A stretch of 64,000 nucleotides of DNA from assembly GCA_010015585.1 (NCBI GenBank), contig ML975154.1. The stretch is one strand, 5' to 3'. Shown piece after piece: positions 37,391-50,481 of the stretch. Source of the stretch: Eremomyces bilateralis CBS 781.70. Taxonomy: Eukaryota. Under the pieces are notes generated by a model. It did no database searches. It was given only the letters and a program-made list of their open reading frames with translations, and was not told the origin of the DNA. The position numbers and the translations under genes were made by a program. Numbering within the stretch: position 1 is the stretch's first letter; each line of letters begins with the position of its first letter.

Positions 37391-38179
37391 TCTTCAGAGA
37401 GTATCCACATTCCTGATTGGTCGGGCGCCCCGGCAACACGCTAACTTCTTCTTCTCCTCCTTTAATTAACAATTGTAAACGAGGGCCATATGAATGACGA
37501 TGATGCTGTTGACAATTGACCGCCAAACCGTGAAATCTCATAAAGCCATTCCTTCTAGATAGATCAAAACATACCGAGTAACCCCCCCAACCGCCAATAA
37601 AGCATCACCAGCCGTTTGTATCACCTGTAGTTCTTCTAGTCCAACCTCCACCTTCTATCTCGGATGGAAATTGTAAACCCGCTCTGTGCCTCGCGTTTGA
37701 CAAGGATCTTTAACCAGCAATTCTTCATCTCGGAGCCATTAGGCGATTTGGCGTGCAACAGTAATTCCATGGGCCAGGCATTCCCCCTGTAGCGTTGCTA
37801 GTGGTGAGAGCCTGTGCGGAGGCTGGCGCTGCGGTGCTCTGGTGGAGTTCTCTTCCACGCACCACCGACACTCACGTCTACCAGTTTCAGTGTCACCAAC
37901 TCTCACTCTCTTGTCACTGTCTTGTCACTCTCTTCACCTCCTCTTCACTTTTCCAGGTTGCGAACCTATTACACTCATTTTCCCCTGATTGGGACATCTG
38001 AATTTCTCCGACTTTCGTTCACTTTGACTTCTTTTTCTCCTTCTCCCTTTCTTTCTCTACGAATCTCCCTTCGGTTCCCCTATCCCCCGAAAGCCATGCC
38101 GATAACCAACCGCAAGCGATAACGATTCCAGCGAAACCCCTCAATCGTCATCAACTTTCTTCGGCCTTCTCTTCAGGCC

Positions 38180-41100
38180 ATGAGGATCCATTCCTCATGG
38201 CTGCCATGCAGCTCCCAATCCATCGCCTCCTGGCTCATCACCACCGCCTGCTTCCTGGTCCCCACCTCGGCCATCTCCTTCCAACCCTCCCCGTCACCCA
38301 ACCTCGACCTCTCCCAACTCGGCCGCGTCGCCTTCGCCGGTGATTTTGATGGCGTCTCACTCTACGAATACCTCGGTCAGTCGCAGGACGCCAACCTCAA
38401 TGGGACCCAGTCCCTGCTCGCCCAGTTTCCCAATGGCGCGTTCGCGAGCGTCGCCAACGCCGATGCATACATCCAGACCATCTGCCCGTTCGTCTCGAAG
38501 GACGGCATCTTCCACGGCGTGGTCGTCGGCGGGAATTTCACTAGCCTCGGCGGCGTAGAGGCGCAGGGCGTTGCGCTGTTCAACGCGACCTCCGGCAAAG
38601 TCACCGCACTTCCCGGCCTCTCGGGACGGGTATCGAGCGTCTACTGCGATCGGGAGTCGAGCACGGTATATGTCGGTGGGATGTTCACGGGCGAGAACTC
38701 GACGAACGCGATCGCGTGGACCGACGAATGGACGAACCTGCCGTTTCAGGGATTCAATGGACCGGTGACCGCGATCACGAAAGCGCCGAATGGGAATATC
38801 GTGTTCGGGGGGTCGTTTACGGGGCTGGGGAACTCGTCGGCGCCGAAGACGAAGGATTCGCACTCGGTTGCGATCACGTCGGCGGAGATTACGGCGAGTC
38901 GGTCATCGGGTGCAGCAGGATTCGGCGACCCAAAAAATATTGTGTGCAAGACCGGAAATCAAGATGGGCCCGGGAATACATGGCTGCTTCCCGATCGGAG
39001 CCCCGGATTTTGGCAGGCGAAGTTTGGGTTTGGCTTCCTGCCGACCAAGCTACGTCTGTATAACACGGTGCAGCCGAATCGAGGGACGAAAACATGGCGA
39101 TTAACCGCGATGCCGATCAACGGGATCATGAACTTGACATATACCGACCCGTCCGGACAAAAGAAATTCTGCGACGCGCAATGTCCACTCCCGGAGAAGA
39201 ACTCGACCTTCCAGGATTTTAGCTTCGTGAACAGCGTCGGCATGGACGCCGTCCGCATCGATATCTCCGACTGGTATGGTGACGGTGCAGGCCTGAGCGG
39301 CATCGAGATATTCCAGGACGACATCTATTCGTATGCCATCAACGACTTCAACCAACCGACGTGTGGAGGCAGTTCGACACGCCCCGAAGCGACGAGCACC
39401 GGTCCCTGGGCCATCGCACCATCCGGCCTAACCAATTCCCAATATCTGGCCGCAAATGTAGGTGGGAACGTGGATCAGGACGCCCTGACCGTGGAATTCC
39501 AACCGGACATCCAGCATTCGGGGAACTACTCAGTGACTGTCTACACCCCCGGCTGTCTGCAGGACAGCACCTGTGCCACGCGAGGCCGTGTCATGATCAG
39601 CGGCACCGTCGGCTCGGATCCTCCCATTTCTACTGAAATCCACCAGACCAACAGCTTCGACAAATACGATCGCGTGTATTACGGTTACGTCGACGCCTCC
39701 AGCAGCGGCTTCCGTCCTACCGTCACCCTTCGACCGAGTCCCGGCCAAAAAGGGCCCCTCAACGTCGTCGCTCAGCGCGTACGGTTCGAGATGGTCTCCT
39801 CCGGTGGTGGATTGAACGGGATCTATGAATACAATCCCAGCGTCACCACCGTCGAAACCGACTTCTCCCGATCGGACATCAATCGCGCGGGATTGGAGAT
39901 GGGCGACCGCGCGCAAGTCAACGCCCTTGCCGTCCAAGGACAAACGACGTTCGTCGCAGGCAATTTCTCCTCGCAGAACTTTAGCCACATCTTCTCCATT
40001 GGCGGCTCGGACGTCGTGTCGCTCTCCGGAGACGGGTTGAACGGCGCCGTACGCACGATGACCCAAGACGGATCGACCCTCTACATTGGCGGGGCCTTCA
40101 ACAACACACGGGACAAATCCGCCCAAGGCCTGAACAATGTCGCGACCTACTCTGTCCCCGACAAAAGATGGCAACCGCTCGGAGCCGGCGTCAACGGCGC
40201 GGTCGAGTTCCTCGTCCCGTTCAGCATCAACGTCACCGCCGACACCCCCGAGCCTGCGATCGCGGTGAGCGGGAAGTTCACCGAGGTGCTTGCGTTCGGG
40301 AACAACAGCGCGACCGCCGTGGACAACATGGCGATCTGGGTCCCGTCGCGCGATAACTGGGCGGTCAACCTCGATGTTGCGCTCCCGTCGATCAGTGGCA
40401 TCGTCACCGCACGAACTGACGTCCCGGGATCTGCTCCTCTCTATGCTGGCGGGGTCTCCTCGCAATCGCTTGGCGTGACGGGTGCGGTTGGATTAATCAG
40501 CGGAGAACGTCCGTCGTTGCAGAAGCTTCCTTTCAAGGTCCAGCCGTCTACGCCCTCGTCGATCCAAAAGCGACAGGATACACCTTCGAACGCCACCGGC
40601 GCCGTGACCGGCCTAATGTATAATGAAAACGGACTAAACATCACCATCCTCGGCGGCCACTTCTCCGCCTCAGGCCCCGACCCCTCCTCCCCCATCCACA
40701 ACCTCCTCTTCCTCAACGGCTCCAACGACGACGCCCTTTCCGGCATTCCTTCCCTCTCCCCCGAATCCACCATCCTCGCCCTCGCCACCCACCGCACCAC
40801 CCTCTTCGCCGGCGGCGCCCTCACTGCCCCCGACCCCTCCGACCCCACCACCCCCCTTTCCGCCCTCCTCCTCTACGACCTCCTCACCGCCTCCCTCCTC
40901 CCCACCCAACCTCCCGCCCTCACCGGCCCCTCCCCCGCCGTCCACGCCATCGCCCCCCACCCGTCCTCCGCCGACATCTACATCGGCGGCGCCTTCGCCT
41001 CCGCCGGTGCCTTCACCTGCCCCGCCCTCTGCATCTTCAACGCCGACCGCGCCCAGTGGTCCTCCCCGTCCAACGGCCTCGCCGGCTCCGTCAATGCCCT

Positions 41101-41897
41101 CCTCTGGCTCTCCCCCGCCAAACTCCTCGTCGCCGGCGATTTCGCCGTCGCTGGCGTCTCTTCCTCCCTCTCCCTCTTCGACGCCGACGCCCGCGCCTTC
41201 GCCCCTTTCGCCACCGCTCCCCCTGGCCCCGTCTCCGCCCTCTGCGCCGCCACTCCCGACGGCGCCCAACTCTACATCTCTGGCAGCAAATCCTCGGGTA
41301 CCCCCTACCTCGCGAAATTCGATGGTGCTCAGTGGACGGAATTCGGCTTCGGCGCGGGGCTCGGTGCCGACTCGGAGATCCGCAGCCTCCAGGTGTTCAC
41401 GACGAGCGCGAAGCACGGAGATAGTGCGCTGGTGGAGCAGAATCGCGCGCTGTTGGTGATGGGGAAGATAGAAGTAGACGGGTTCGGGAGCGTGGGGGCA
41501 GCGGTGTTTAATGGGACGGGGTGGGTGCCGTATTTGTTGGTCGGGGGTGGTGATGATGGAGGGAGTATCAGCGCGGCGTTCGTGGAACGACCCGGGAATT
41601 TCTTCATGTCTAGTGGTATGTTCCCCTCCTCCCCCATCTTTCCCTCAAATCTCAAGCTAACATCCGTGATTTCCAGCCCATCACCTCGCCACCGGCTTCG
41701 TTGTCCTCATCGCCCTCGCCATCGCCCTTGTCCTCCTCTTCCTCCTCGTTGTCGCCGGCCTCCTCGCCGAACGCTACCGCCGCCACCGCGACGGCTACCT
41801 GCCTGCGCCCACCGGCGTCGACCGCGCGCACAACGTCGCGCGCATCCCGCCGGAGCATCTGTTTGGGAGTGTGGGGGTCGGGAAGGGGAGGTTGTGA
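38180..41897 (+). CDS. RAX2: Cell-polarity landmark protein Rax2 (type I membrane glycoprotein)
   Basis: Signal peptide, LDLSQLGRVAFAGDFDGVSLY, repeated VGGxF blades, PTKLRLYNT, YTPGCLQDSTCATRG. Intron 41616-41676 leads to TM exon GFVVLIALAIALVLLFLLVVAGLL and tail RIPPEHLF..* (TGA 41895-41897). Confidence 0.92.
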
Positions 41898-43044
41898 TGG
41901 GTAGAGATTAGAGGGAATGTATGGATGGCGTTTATCGGGATCTGATGGGCATGTATGACCTGGGTAGGACGGACACGGCGTGGTTGCACATCTCTTACAG
42001 CGGCATCTTTTTATTGCATTTTCTACGACGCACATACGTGTGTTTTCTTTCCTGAAAACGGAATTTTTCAACCCCAGTGTGGTATCACCTTCCGCAATAC
42101 CGCATGGTTCTTTGTTTTTTTTTGGCTTCGGCTACATTTCATCGACCTTCCACTTTCCACTCTTCATGGGAAGGAGGGATTTTTCAAGCGACATCATCCA
42201 CCAACGCCGCTGTCTAGACCCACATGCACACACGAATGCCCCCTTTTCTTATGTACCGCCCTCGCGCTTACTCGCCTTTTCTCGGTTGCGATACCGATAC
42301 CAACCGCATTGCTTCCCGCGAATGTAATGTGTACTTGTCGCGTGCGTCATGCGGCGTTGTCTGAATAGTGGTATGGAAGAGGGACCGGAGACGCATGATA
42401 GGCGTTGTTGATACCTTGGTGAGCGGCAGTCGAGGAAACTAAGCTGTGCGCTCGGTTACTTATATAGAGAATGGAATGGTTGAATGAATGGACGAGGGGA
42501 TTTACGTGATAAATTGTGATTCGTGATGAGGCGATGGAGCCAGGATTCGGTGATGTATTACATTAAGCCCAAAGAATAAGTGAAGTGGATTTGATGTCTG
42601 GGGAGCAGAATTTCACAATGGGTAGGTGAATTGTCGATGGAATTTATATACCCAGTTTACACAAATCATTTCAGCGGAAATAGATAATCTGGCTGTAGTG
42701 TAGTGGTTATAACACCACTCGTTTCACAGTCCACCGGTCAAAATGAAGTATCGGGAGTACGTTGGGAAAACCTCAGGGGGTTTCCCAGGGCCTCGAGGCT
42801 TATATTTTTGCTCTTTTGCTGGACATCACCATCACCATGCCTACGTCGTTCTCCTTTTGCTCTACACTGTATGCACGAGTGAGTGCTATGTCTTCCATCA
42901 CCTGTACTCCTATGTATCATGGCAACGCTAGTGTGCTCTACTCATTCTACATCGCCCTCCGTCTCTTGACACATTAGATAGATATCATCCCCGATATCTT
43001 CCGTCACCCAGCAGTAGAGCAGAGTTTCCCTATCCACCCCTCCC

Positions 43045-45504
43045 TCACAACCACCCACTCTCCCCAAACCTCTCCTTCCGAACCGCATACCCATTCAACA
43101 TCCCCCCTTTCACCACCCCCTGCGCCTCGCCTCCTCTTCTTTCCCCCACCCCCGCATGCGTTCTCCGTCGATTCAATACCTCCACCGCATTCGGATCCAC
43201 GTTCCCCACCACCCGTATACTCCGCTTCAACTTCACCCTCCGCCTCTCCGCCGCCGCCTCCCGCCGCGCCTCAAACACATTCACATTCCGAAACAGCCCT
43301 CTCCCGCCGCCCAACGCCCCCATCGATGGCCGGAGCAGGTGGACGAACGAGTCGCGTTTCGCGGGGACCGTCAGCGAGTCGCTCCCCGTCTCGTGCGGCG
43401 TGCTACGGACGCGGTGCGCGCGGTGGTGGCGCACTGAATGTTTGTCGAATGCGGTTGGTTGCTGGGACTTCGCGCGGGGTTGGGGGCTTCCGTGCCGCTT
43501 GGACATGCACCAGGAGGACATGGAGAGGTGGCGTCCGAGGACGTTATGGAGGACGTGCGAGGCGGAAGAGGGCTTGCGCATGGCGGTTGGGGAGACGTCG
43601 CTGGTGGGCGAGGGAGGTGCGGATGTCGCGGAGGGGAAACGGAGGTGCGGGAGGCGCTCCATGGTCTGGGGGTAGGGGATGTGGTCGTCGGCGGCGCCGG
43701 GGCGGGCGGTGGAGCGCCAGAGCGGGTCGGTGCGGCCGCCGTCGCTGTACCACGAGAGGCTCTGGGAGGCAGAGGCGTCGGAGAACATAGACATGGAGTG
43801 GCTGGGGGCGTCGGAGGGTTTCCGCTCAGTGTGGTCGCCGCCGATGATGCGGACCATCTTAGCGAGGTGGGCTTTGGAGTTGTGGCGGGCGGCAGCGACT
43901 TTGGAGGGGAGATGGAGGGGGAGCGGCGGCTCGTTGATGGGTTGCTTCTTGGATTTCTTGCCTTTCGGATGCGAGGTGGGCGGTTTTGTGCGGGTGTAGT
44001 AGGCGGATGAGCGATAAGATTTGGGGGCGTAGCCGGCGTTTCGAAGGCGGGGATCTGTCCCACCTTCCTCGCGGTCTCGTCGTCCGGAGGGGGGTGGCGA
44101 GCGGGAACGGACATATCGGTCTTTTTCGGTTTGGTTCCTTCTGACTTGCCGGGGGAGAACCATCTTGAGGGGAGCGGCGGACAGAGGGCGACGTCGGCGA
44201 GGACGTGGTTCACTTTCGTTGGATTTCTTGCTCGGAGTCGGTGGTGTGTCGTCTCTTATTACTATAGCACCAAGTATCCTGTGCGCCTTGCTGTTCTTCC
44301 GGCTCCAGAGGGGTGATGGTGGTACCAGTCGAACTTGTTGGCCATCATCGTCATGATCGTCGTCCTCGTGATTGGAGCCAAACTCTTCGTAGCTCGTGCT
44401 CCCGGGATGGTGGGCTGCTATGTCGCGATACTGTTCAACGAGCTGTCTATGGTACTCATCAGAACCTTCGTCTTCACCTTCCTCCGTCTCATCCTCGCCC
44501 CCATCGTTTCCGAACGGTGGATTATATCTCCCTGGACTCTCGGGTGCACTGACGGACCCCGCGCTATATCTCGCGAGCGGACTACTAGGTGAACGACCCG
44601 AAGAAGCAGGTTTGCGGCCCGGCATATAATGCGAGTAATCCCGTGAACGAGGTTGTACGTTGCGGAACAATGCTCGGTGTCGACCCCGCAGTGCCTCTGC
44701 TGGATTGTCTTCTAGAATACCAAGAGCAGCTATTGCCTTCTCACTAGGTCCCCTGTTCACCGACCCTAGTGATGATGTCTCAGTGGGACTAGACGCTATG
44801 TAGTGAGGGGATGGTAGGGAGTCGTTGAACCCCTGTTGTCCTGCGGGAGGAATGAAAAGCGAAGGAGGTGGCGCAAGGGTTGGTGATGAATGATACGGGA
44901 GATGATGAGCTTTATATGGTATCGAACGACGTCCGGGCAGCTCTGGATACGACACCGTTGGCGGAGACGAGGGTTCTGCAGGCAATGCAGCCCAAACATT
45001 GCTTCTTTCACTCATGCGGGCGTGCGAGACATCCACTAGAGACTCACCAGATCGGTGTGACGCCCATTCTGGGGTGGATCCCACACTCGGCGAAGTGTCA
45101 GGAAGAAGTAGATCATATACGCGTAGTTGCAAGGACGTGGGGTATTTGACACGCTGGAGCTGCGGTGTACTGGCGTTGGACGATCGATAGCTCGTTCGTC
45201 GACTGTGGTCAAGACGTTTGCCCGGCTCCAAATCCTCATACTCATCATCCAACCGATCCTCCGAAAAACTGTACACGCTTGACGGACGTTTGATGCGATG
45301 GGTCATCAGGAGCTTCGACGCTCGATCTCGAGGGATGTTCCGTGATATTCGTTTCGCATGGCCTCGAACCGGTGCCGTCCGTTTGGCAAATGCCTGGAAC
45401 GGAAGGGCGGCGCTAGGGGTGCTTGATATCGCAGAACGACCATTGAAATCTAGCTGCTCAGGGCTCCCGCGATACTCCCCATACGGATTGTAACTGGCGT
45501 GCAT
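43045..45504 (-). CDS. Hypothetical Ser/Pro/Arg-rich, probably disordered protein (~819 aa)
   Basis: 2.4 kb uninterrupted ORF, first ATG 45504. No domain recognised; C-terminal charged helix ERRRVKLKRSIRVVG. Possible 5'UTR intron donor (GTAAGT) near 45575. Confidence 0.7.
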   Translation of the reverse strand: MHASYNPYGEYRGSPEQLDFNGRSAISSTPSAALPFQAFAKRTAPVRGHAKRISRNIPRDRASKLLMTHRIKRPSSVYSFSEDRLDDEYEDLEPGKRLDHSRRTSYRSSNASTPQLQRVKYPTSLQLRVYDLLLPDTSPSVGSTPEWASHRSGESLVDVSHARMSERSNVWAALPAEPSSPPTVSYPELPGRRSIPYKAHHLPYHSSPTLAPPPSLFIPPAGQQGFNDSLPSPHYIASSPTETSSLGSVNRGPSEKAIAALGILEDNPAEALRGRHRALFRNVQPRSRDYSHYMPGRKPASSGRSPSSPLARYSAGSVSAPESPGRYNPPFGNDGGEDETEEGEDEGSDEYHRQLVEQYRDIAAHHPGSTSYEEFGSNHEDDDHDDDGQQVRLVPPSPLWSRKNSKAHRILGAIVIRDDTPPTPSKKSNESEPRPRRRRPLSAAPLKMVLPRQVRRNQTEKDRYVRSRSPPPSGRRDREEGGTDPRLRNAGYAPKSYRSSAYYTRTKPPTSHPKGKKSKKQPINEPPLPLHLPSKVAAARHNSKAHLAKMVRIIGGDHTERKPSDAPSHSMSMFSDASASQSLSWYSDGGRTDPLWRSTARPGAADDHIPYPQTMERLPHLRFPSATSAPPSPTSDVSPTAMRKPSSASHVLHNVLGRHLSMSSWCMSKRHGSPQPRAKSQQPTAFDKHSVRHHRAHRVRSTPHETGSDSLTVPAKRDSFVHLLRPSMGALGGGRGLFRNVNVFEARREAAAERRRVKLKRSIRVVGNVDPNAVEVLNRRRTHAGVGERRGGEAQGVVKGGMLNGYAVRKERFGESGWL

Positions 45505-46920
45505 TGTAGCTGATTCCACAGCTTGGTGATAGAACGGGTATTATGGAAGATTGGACCATCAGAGACATGACTTACGAGGCGTTAAGACTCCACGAGACAA
45601 AGAAAACTATTGAAGAGAGAATGCTCTCACTTGAAAGGAAAGTGACTTGCTAGACTACGGAAAGGGAAAGGCAGCGCGAGTACAAAGAACATGATGATGA
45701 GGCAGACTGATAGCTGAGTGTGACATAGTCAATCCAACGTTACCGTGCTGATCGATGAAGTCGGTTAGGACGATCATGGTATTTCGACGTCGCTATCCAC
45801 ATGTTCGATACGTCAGCAATGGCGATGGCCCAATGAATATATTACCATACTAGATAACTCCGACATTCTCCTTCCGGACGCTCGTCCGTCGTGGAGTTCC
45901 TGATGGCCTCTCGGAGATAAGAGGTATGGTCCGAGGATGAGAAGATAGAAAGATGCCCCGGTGCCCCAACAAGAATTCCCTCGACTCGTGGCCGGGCTGA
46001 TGGTTTTATCGATGAGTCATAAATCATCTAAACCAATAAGTGGAACCGTGGAATTGTGGAAGAGATGGTGATGCAATCAGGTGTTGGTACAACGAGAGAA
46101 ACGGGAGAGATGAGAGATGAAGTGTGGAGGAAGAGGGAGAACAGAGGGGCCGCGGTCTGTGCTAGTCATAGGGCAGACGATCTGATAGACGGGACAAGCA
46201 CTGAGATTCAAGTACGTACGTACCTTGATACCATCTTCCTCTCTCACATCTACTCCCTTCATTCGGCGCATATTCACCTTCCTCTATTGTCGTCTCTCTT
46301 GCGCCCCTTTCCGCTGTCGCGACTCTATTGTTCTGCGCTCCAACTCCAGCCCAAGGTAAATCATCCTCGATTCTTAACTCCGGACCCTTCGCGCCAACAT
46401 CTGAGGATTTCTCGTCGCTGCTGGTGAATACGCGGTGTTTTGTACGTTTATGCTAAAGCTATAGCCGTTCCAGATATTCCGCTTTCCTCCGAGAGATCGA
46501 TCGATTTGTTCGGGAGAGCGAGCTCTGAGAGACATCCATCACCCACCCGACCAGAAACCAGTCGGAGGGCTATCACCGAGAACGACCCACAATAGGAACG
46601 AAAGCAGATCAAGTACAATAGACAAAATCAGCAGCATCTTGCTCCTTAAAAGAACTTCCCTTGCAAGTTGCGACTAAGTTTCGGCGAGTCCACCGATATT
46701 GAACGTACCGGGCACCTGCAGACGGCGAAGTGCGCCACACTACTTATTCCAACCCTGAAACACCATCCAAGCCGTCCACAAGGCTGGATTGTACCGAAGA
46801 CCGGGGCATACGCGTATACCGATTAGTGCGCGGACACAATACGGGCACGTCGAATACATATTTAGTCTAAAGACAAGATTCTGCTCTCTCCATTCATTCG
46901 AGGGAGTACGGAAGCTCGAA

Positions 46921-49915
46921 ATGGCGCCGACACCGCCTTCCACCACCCCTTCAAGCACCGGACAATCCCCAGACGCTCAGTTCCGAGTCGTCAGAAAACG
47001 GAACCGGATCCCTCTATCTTGTGCGCCATGCAGGAACAGAAAGTAAGCAAGTCCCCTCACCGTCTGCGGTCTCCCGAACCCCTCACGGTCATGAGCTCGA
47101 AGCTGATGGTGCACCCTCCAGACTCAAATGTAACCGCGCCCATCCCTGTGATAACTGCACCAAGCGTGGAGATCTCGGATCTTGCACCTACGCTAACCCT
47201 GGCGTCCGTAAGAAGACCTCATCAAGCAATGCCTCTTCCGGTTCTCCTGACGAGATGCAAAGCCGTATTGACCGACTGGAAGGCTTGGTATTATCGCTTA
47301 TGACCAATGGCACGCAATCCGCAGGTTCGACCGCAGCGCACGCCGCAATATCGGAAAGTATCAGTGGCAGCTCGCAGGATGCGCAGGGTGACCTAGAGAA
47401 TAGTGAAATGGTAGCCGTGGAGCAGGAAGGGGAGGAAAACGAGGTGGATCAAGTCGGCCATTCGATCGGGATGATGAAGATTGATAAAGATAAGGCGGTA
47501 TTTGCTTCGGAATCGCACTGGTATGCGATACTCGGAGAGGTAAGTCGCATCCGTAGGAAAACAATCGAATATATCTGACGGAATCCAGATCGCCGAAGTC
47601 AAGAACTATTTTAACGACCACAAGAAACAATATGAGGAACAAGTCCGAAAGATCAAAGCGACCAATCAGACCGATGATCGTTTTGAGAGTGTTCCTCTTT
47701 TAGGGACCCCAAAACCAAGCAGCAAAGCTGAGATTTTGAGTGCTTTCCCGCAGAAGCCGACCGCGGATCTACTAGTCACCCGATACTTCAATACATACGA
47801 TCCTGCATTGCGTAAGTTCAGCTGCACAGTTCAGACAACGTTTGCTAATGCGAGACCAGACATCATCCATGGACCGACATTCCAAAGGCAATACGACCAG
47901 TACTGGGCGAATCCGAATGAAACTCCGGTCATCTGGCTCGGACTGGTGTTTGCCATGATGTCCATTGCCCTTCAATCATACCACCGAGCAGGTGATGAAC
48001 CCCCGGAGTATCGTGGCCGGTCATGGAATATGTCCAATGAGTATCGCAGGCTGACGGCGCAGTGCTTGGTGTTTTCCGACATCACGCAGCCCATCACCCA
48101 TATGCTGGAAACACTGGTCCTCCACGTCCACGCGGAGCATTCACGAAGCAATGATGCGGAGCCCGGCATCCTGGTTACGGTAAGCATCCTGGTGCGCCTA
48201 GCGATGCGAATGGGATACCATCGCGATCCGGCTCCGTACCCAAACGTCACCCCCTTCCAAGGCGAGATGCGAAGGAGAGTATGGGCGGTAATCCGGAACA
48301 TGGACTTGTTATTCTCCAATCAAGCCGGCCTGCCGCCGATCGTGAGGTCATCCGACACCAATACCGAGCTGCCACTGAATGTGTATGACGACGAGCTTGA
48401 CGAGCAGATGAAAACATTGCCGATTGGACGACCGATGCGAGAGGCAACCCCGGCAACCTACATGATCCAGAAAACCCGTTTAGTCGCCCTCTTCGGCACC
48501 ATCGTCGACGTCGTGCAAACCCTGAATACCCCCGCCTACGAAGAAATCATGAAACTCGACCAACGCGTCCGCGAGCTCAAAGCCTCCATCCCCCCACACC
48601 TCGTCGCCCGCCCCATCGCCGAGTCCGGCCGCGACCCCTCCTCCCTCATCATGCAGCGCTGCTCGCTCGACTTCCTCGTCCTCCGCTGCCTCTGCGTTCT
48701 CCACCGCCGCTACATGCGCGCCGCCCGCAGCAACCCGCGCTTCGCCCACTCCCGCCGCGTCTGCGTCGACGCCTCCCTCGACCTCCTCAAGCACCAGGCC
48801 GTCCTCCAGCAGGAAACCCACCCAGGCGGCCGCCTCGCCAGCGTCACCTGGTTCATCTCCTCGCTCACCATGAACGAGTTCCTCATGGCCGCCATGACCG
48901 TCGCCCTCGACCTCTACCACACTTCCGAAGCCGAGTGCGCCGCCGGGATCCGCCTGCCGCTCGAAAACCCCCCCAAGGAGAGTTGCGCGCTGATGACCGC
49001 CCTCGAGCAGAGCCTCGTCACCTGGGACTCCCTGAAAGATCGCAGCGTCGAGGCCTACAAAGCCTACAATACTCTCTCCGCCACCATTCCGAAGCTGAAA
49101 ACCCACTGCGCTGCGACTTACGGTGCCGAACTCACCTCGTCGGCGGGAGCCGGGTTCGCGACCACGGGCTTGCCGTCTAGCGTAGATGCGAAGATGTCCC
49201 CCGACCAGTCGGCCGCGATGACGCTGGGAATGCTGAGCGCCGGAGGGCTGGCAGCGAATTCAGGCAATACGTTCTATGCTCAGCAACAGCCGCCGTTCGA
49301 TGGCCCGGCGGGGATGGCAGCGTATACAGGGACGATGGGCCCAGCTGGAGGGATGGCGGCGCCGGAGGCGGTGGGCGTGACGAATCCGTTTTCGTCGCTG
49401 TTTGGGCCTAGTATTGGGAGTGGGTTTCCGGGGATGGAAGTGCCGTCCGCGAATCTGAACTGGGTAAGCTTCCCCCGATCCTTCCCCTTTTTCCTCTTCC
49501 TTTCCTCTTCCCTTTCCTTTTCCTTGTCCTTTTCCTTGTCTTTTACTTTCTTCACAGACACCTCCCCTCCCTTCTGCTTTTTTCTTACCACCACACTGCC
49601 TTCCAATGTGTAAATATGTTTCTGCCCGTGCTAACCCTATCCCCACCCCAGGACCAATGGGATACCATCCTCCAAAACCCCCCCCTCGACTCCTCCTCCA
49701 ACTTCTGGCCCGGCACCATGGATCTCTCATCCGGCATCCTCGGCGCCGACAGTTCGACCACCGGCGCGCCAACCACTACAACTTCCGGCGTCCAGGCGAG
49801 TTCAGTTCCGGAGTTTATGCGGACGAATGCGCAGGCGGGAGACGAGCAGACGAAGGCAGTGACGGAGAAGATGTTTCCTGGGGCGGTGTTTCGTGGGGGT
49901 TTGGGGTTTGAATAA
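46921..49915 (+). CDS. Zn(II)2Cys6 transcription factor with fungal-specific middle homology region
   Basis: RKRNRIPLSCAPCRNRK|LKCNRAHPCDNCTKRGDLGSCTY; RIDRLEGLV; HIIHGPTF; VRLAMRMGYHRDP..GEMRRRVW. Introns 47043-47121, 47540-47588, 47812-47859, 49464-49651. Confidence 0.92.
49465..49590 (+). repeat. Polypyrimidine low-complexity tract inside the last intron of the Zn2Cys6 gene
   Basis: Near-pure C/T run with duplicated CCTTTTCCTTGT units. Confidence 0.75.
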
Positions 49916-50481
49916 GGGGGGAGATGAAGCGTGGGATTGAGTGGAGGGTTTGGGTTATGACGTTTATGGGCTATGATGGATGGGATAGAACTCTGCTCAC
50001 TTACACCGGATTGCGTCCAGGTTAGGGGTGGGTTGGTGGCAAGCGATTGATCGGCGGGGGGAAAAAGTTTATCGGGGCTGAATAGGGTTAGTATATACCT
50101 ATGGAATATACCTCGAGGAGTCACGGCCGGTTGAATATTATGGAAAATCTATTGGCGAGATACGGTTATGTACGATCCCGAAACGTTATTGCTCCATCTG
50201 CCATTTCGCTTTGATGGTGAAGAATTCTTCCAACGGTCATGGATACACTCCGCTACGGGCAGGAGTATCTTATTCCAAAACTTGTAGAGCGCTGATACAA
50301 GGGCCGAAAATGACCAGTACCAAGCCTATCTGTAGTCCCAGGCCTCAATTCGTCGACAACGTAGATATAGGCATAAGAGCTCATTAGATTGTAGTTCTAG
50401 TTTGACCTCAATCAGTAGAGAGGACCACATCTAAGCCTGTCTCAACTTCCGAATATCTACAACCGAAAGACCAGGACCACA

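Noticed and set aside
35000..38179. Lanthipeptide/RiPP gene cluster around the LanC-like gene
   Set aside because: No dehydratase, transporter, adjacent protease or plausible precursor. The nearby 23-bp repeat is not a multiple of 3, so it cannot encode repeated core peptides.
42688..42790. Intact tRNA gene
   Set aside because: No B-box/T-arm and no 3' acceptor stem found; kept only as a fragment lead.
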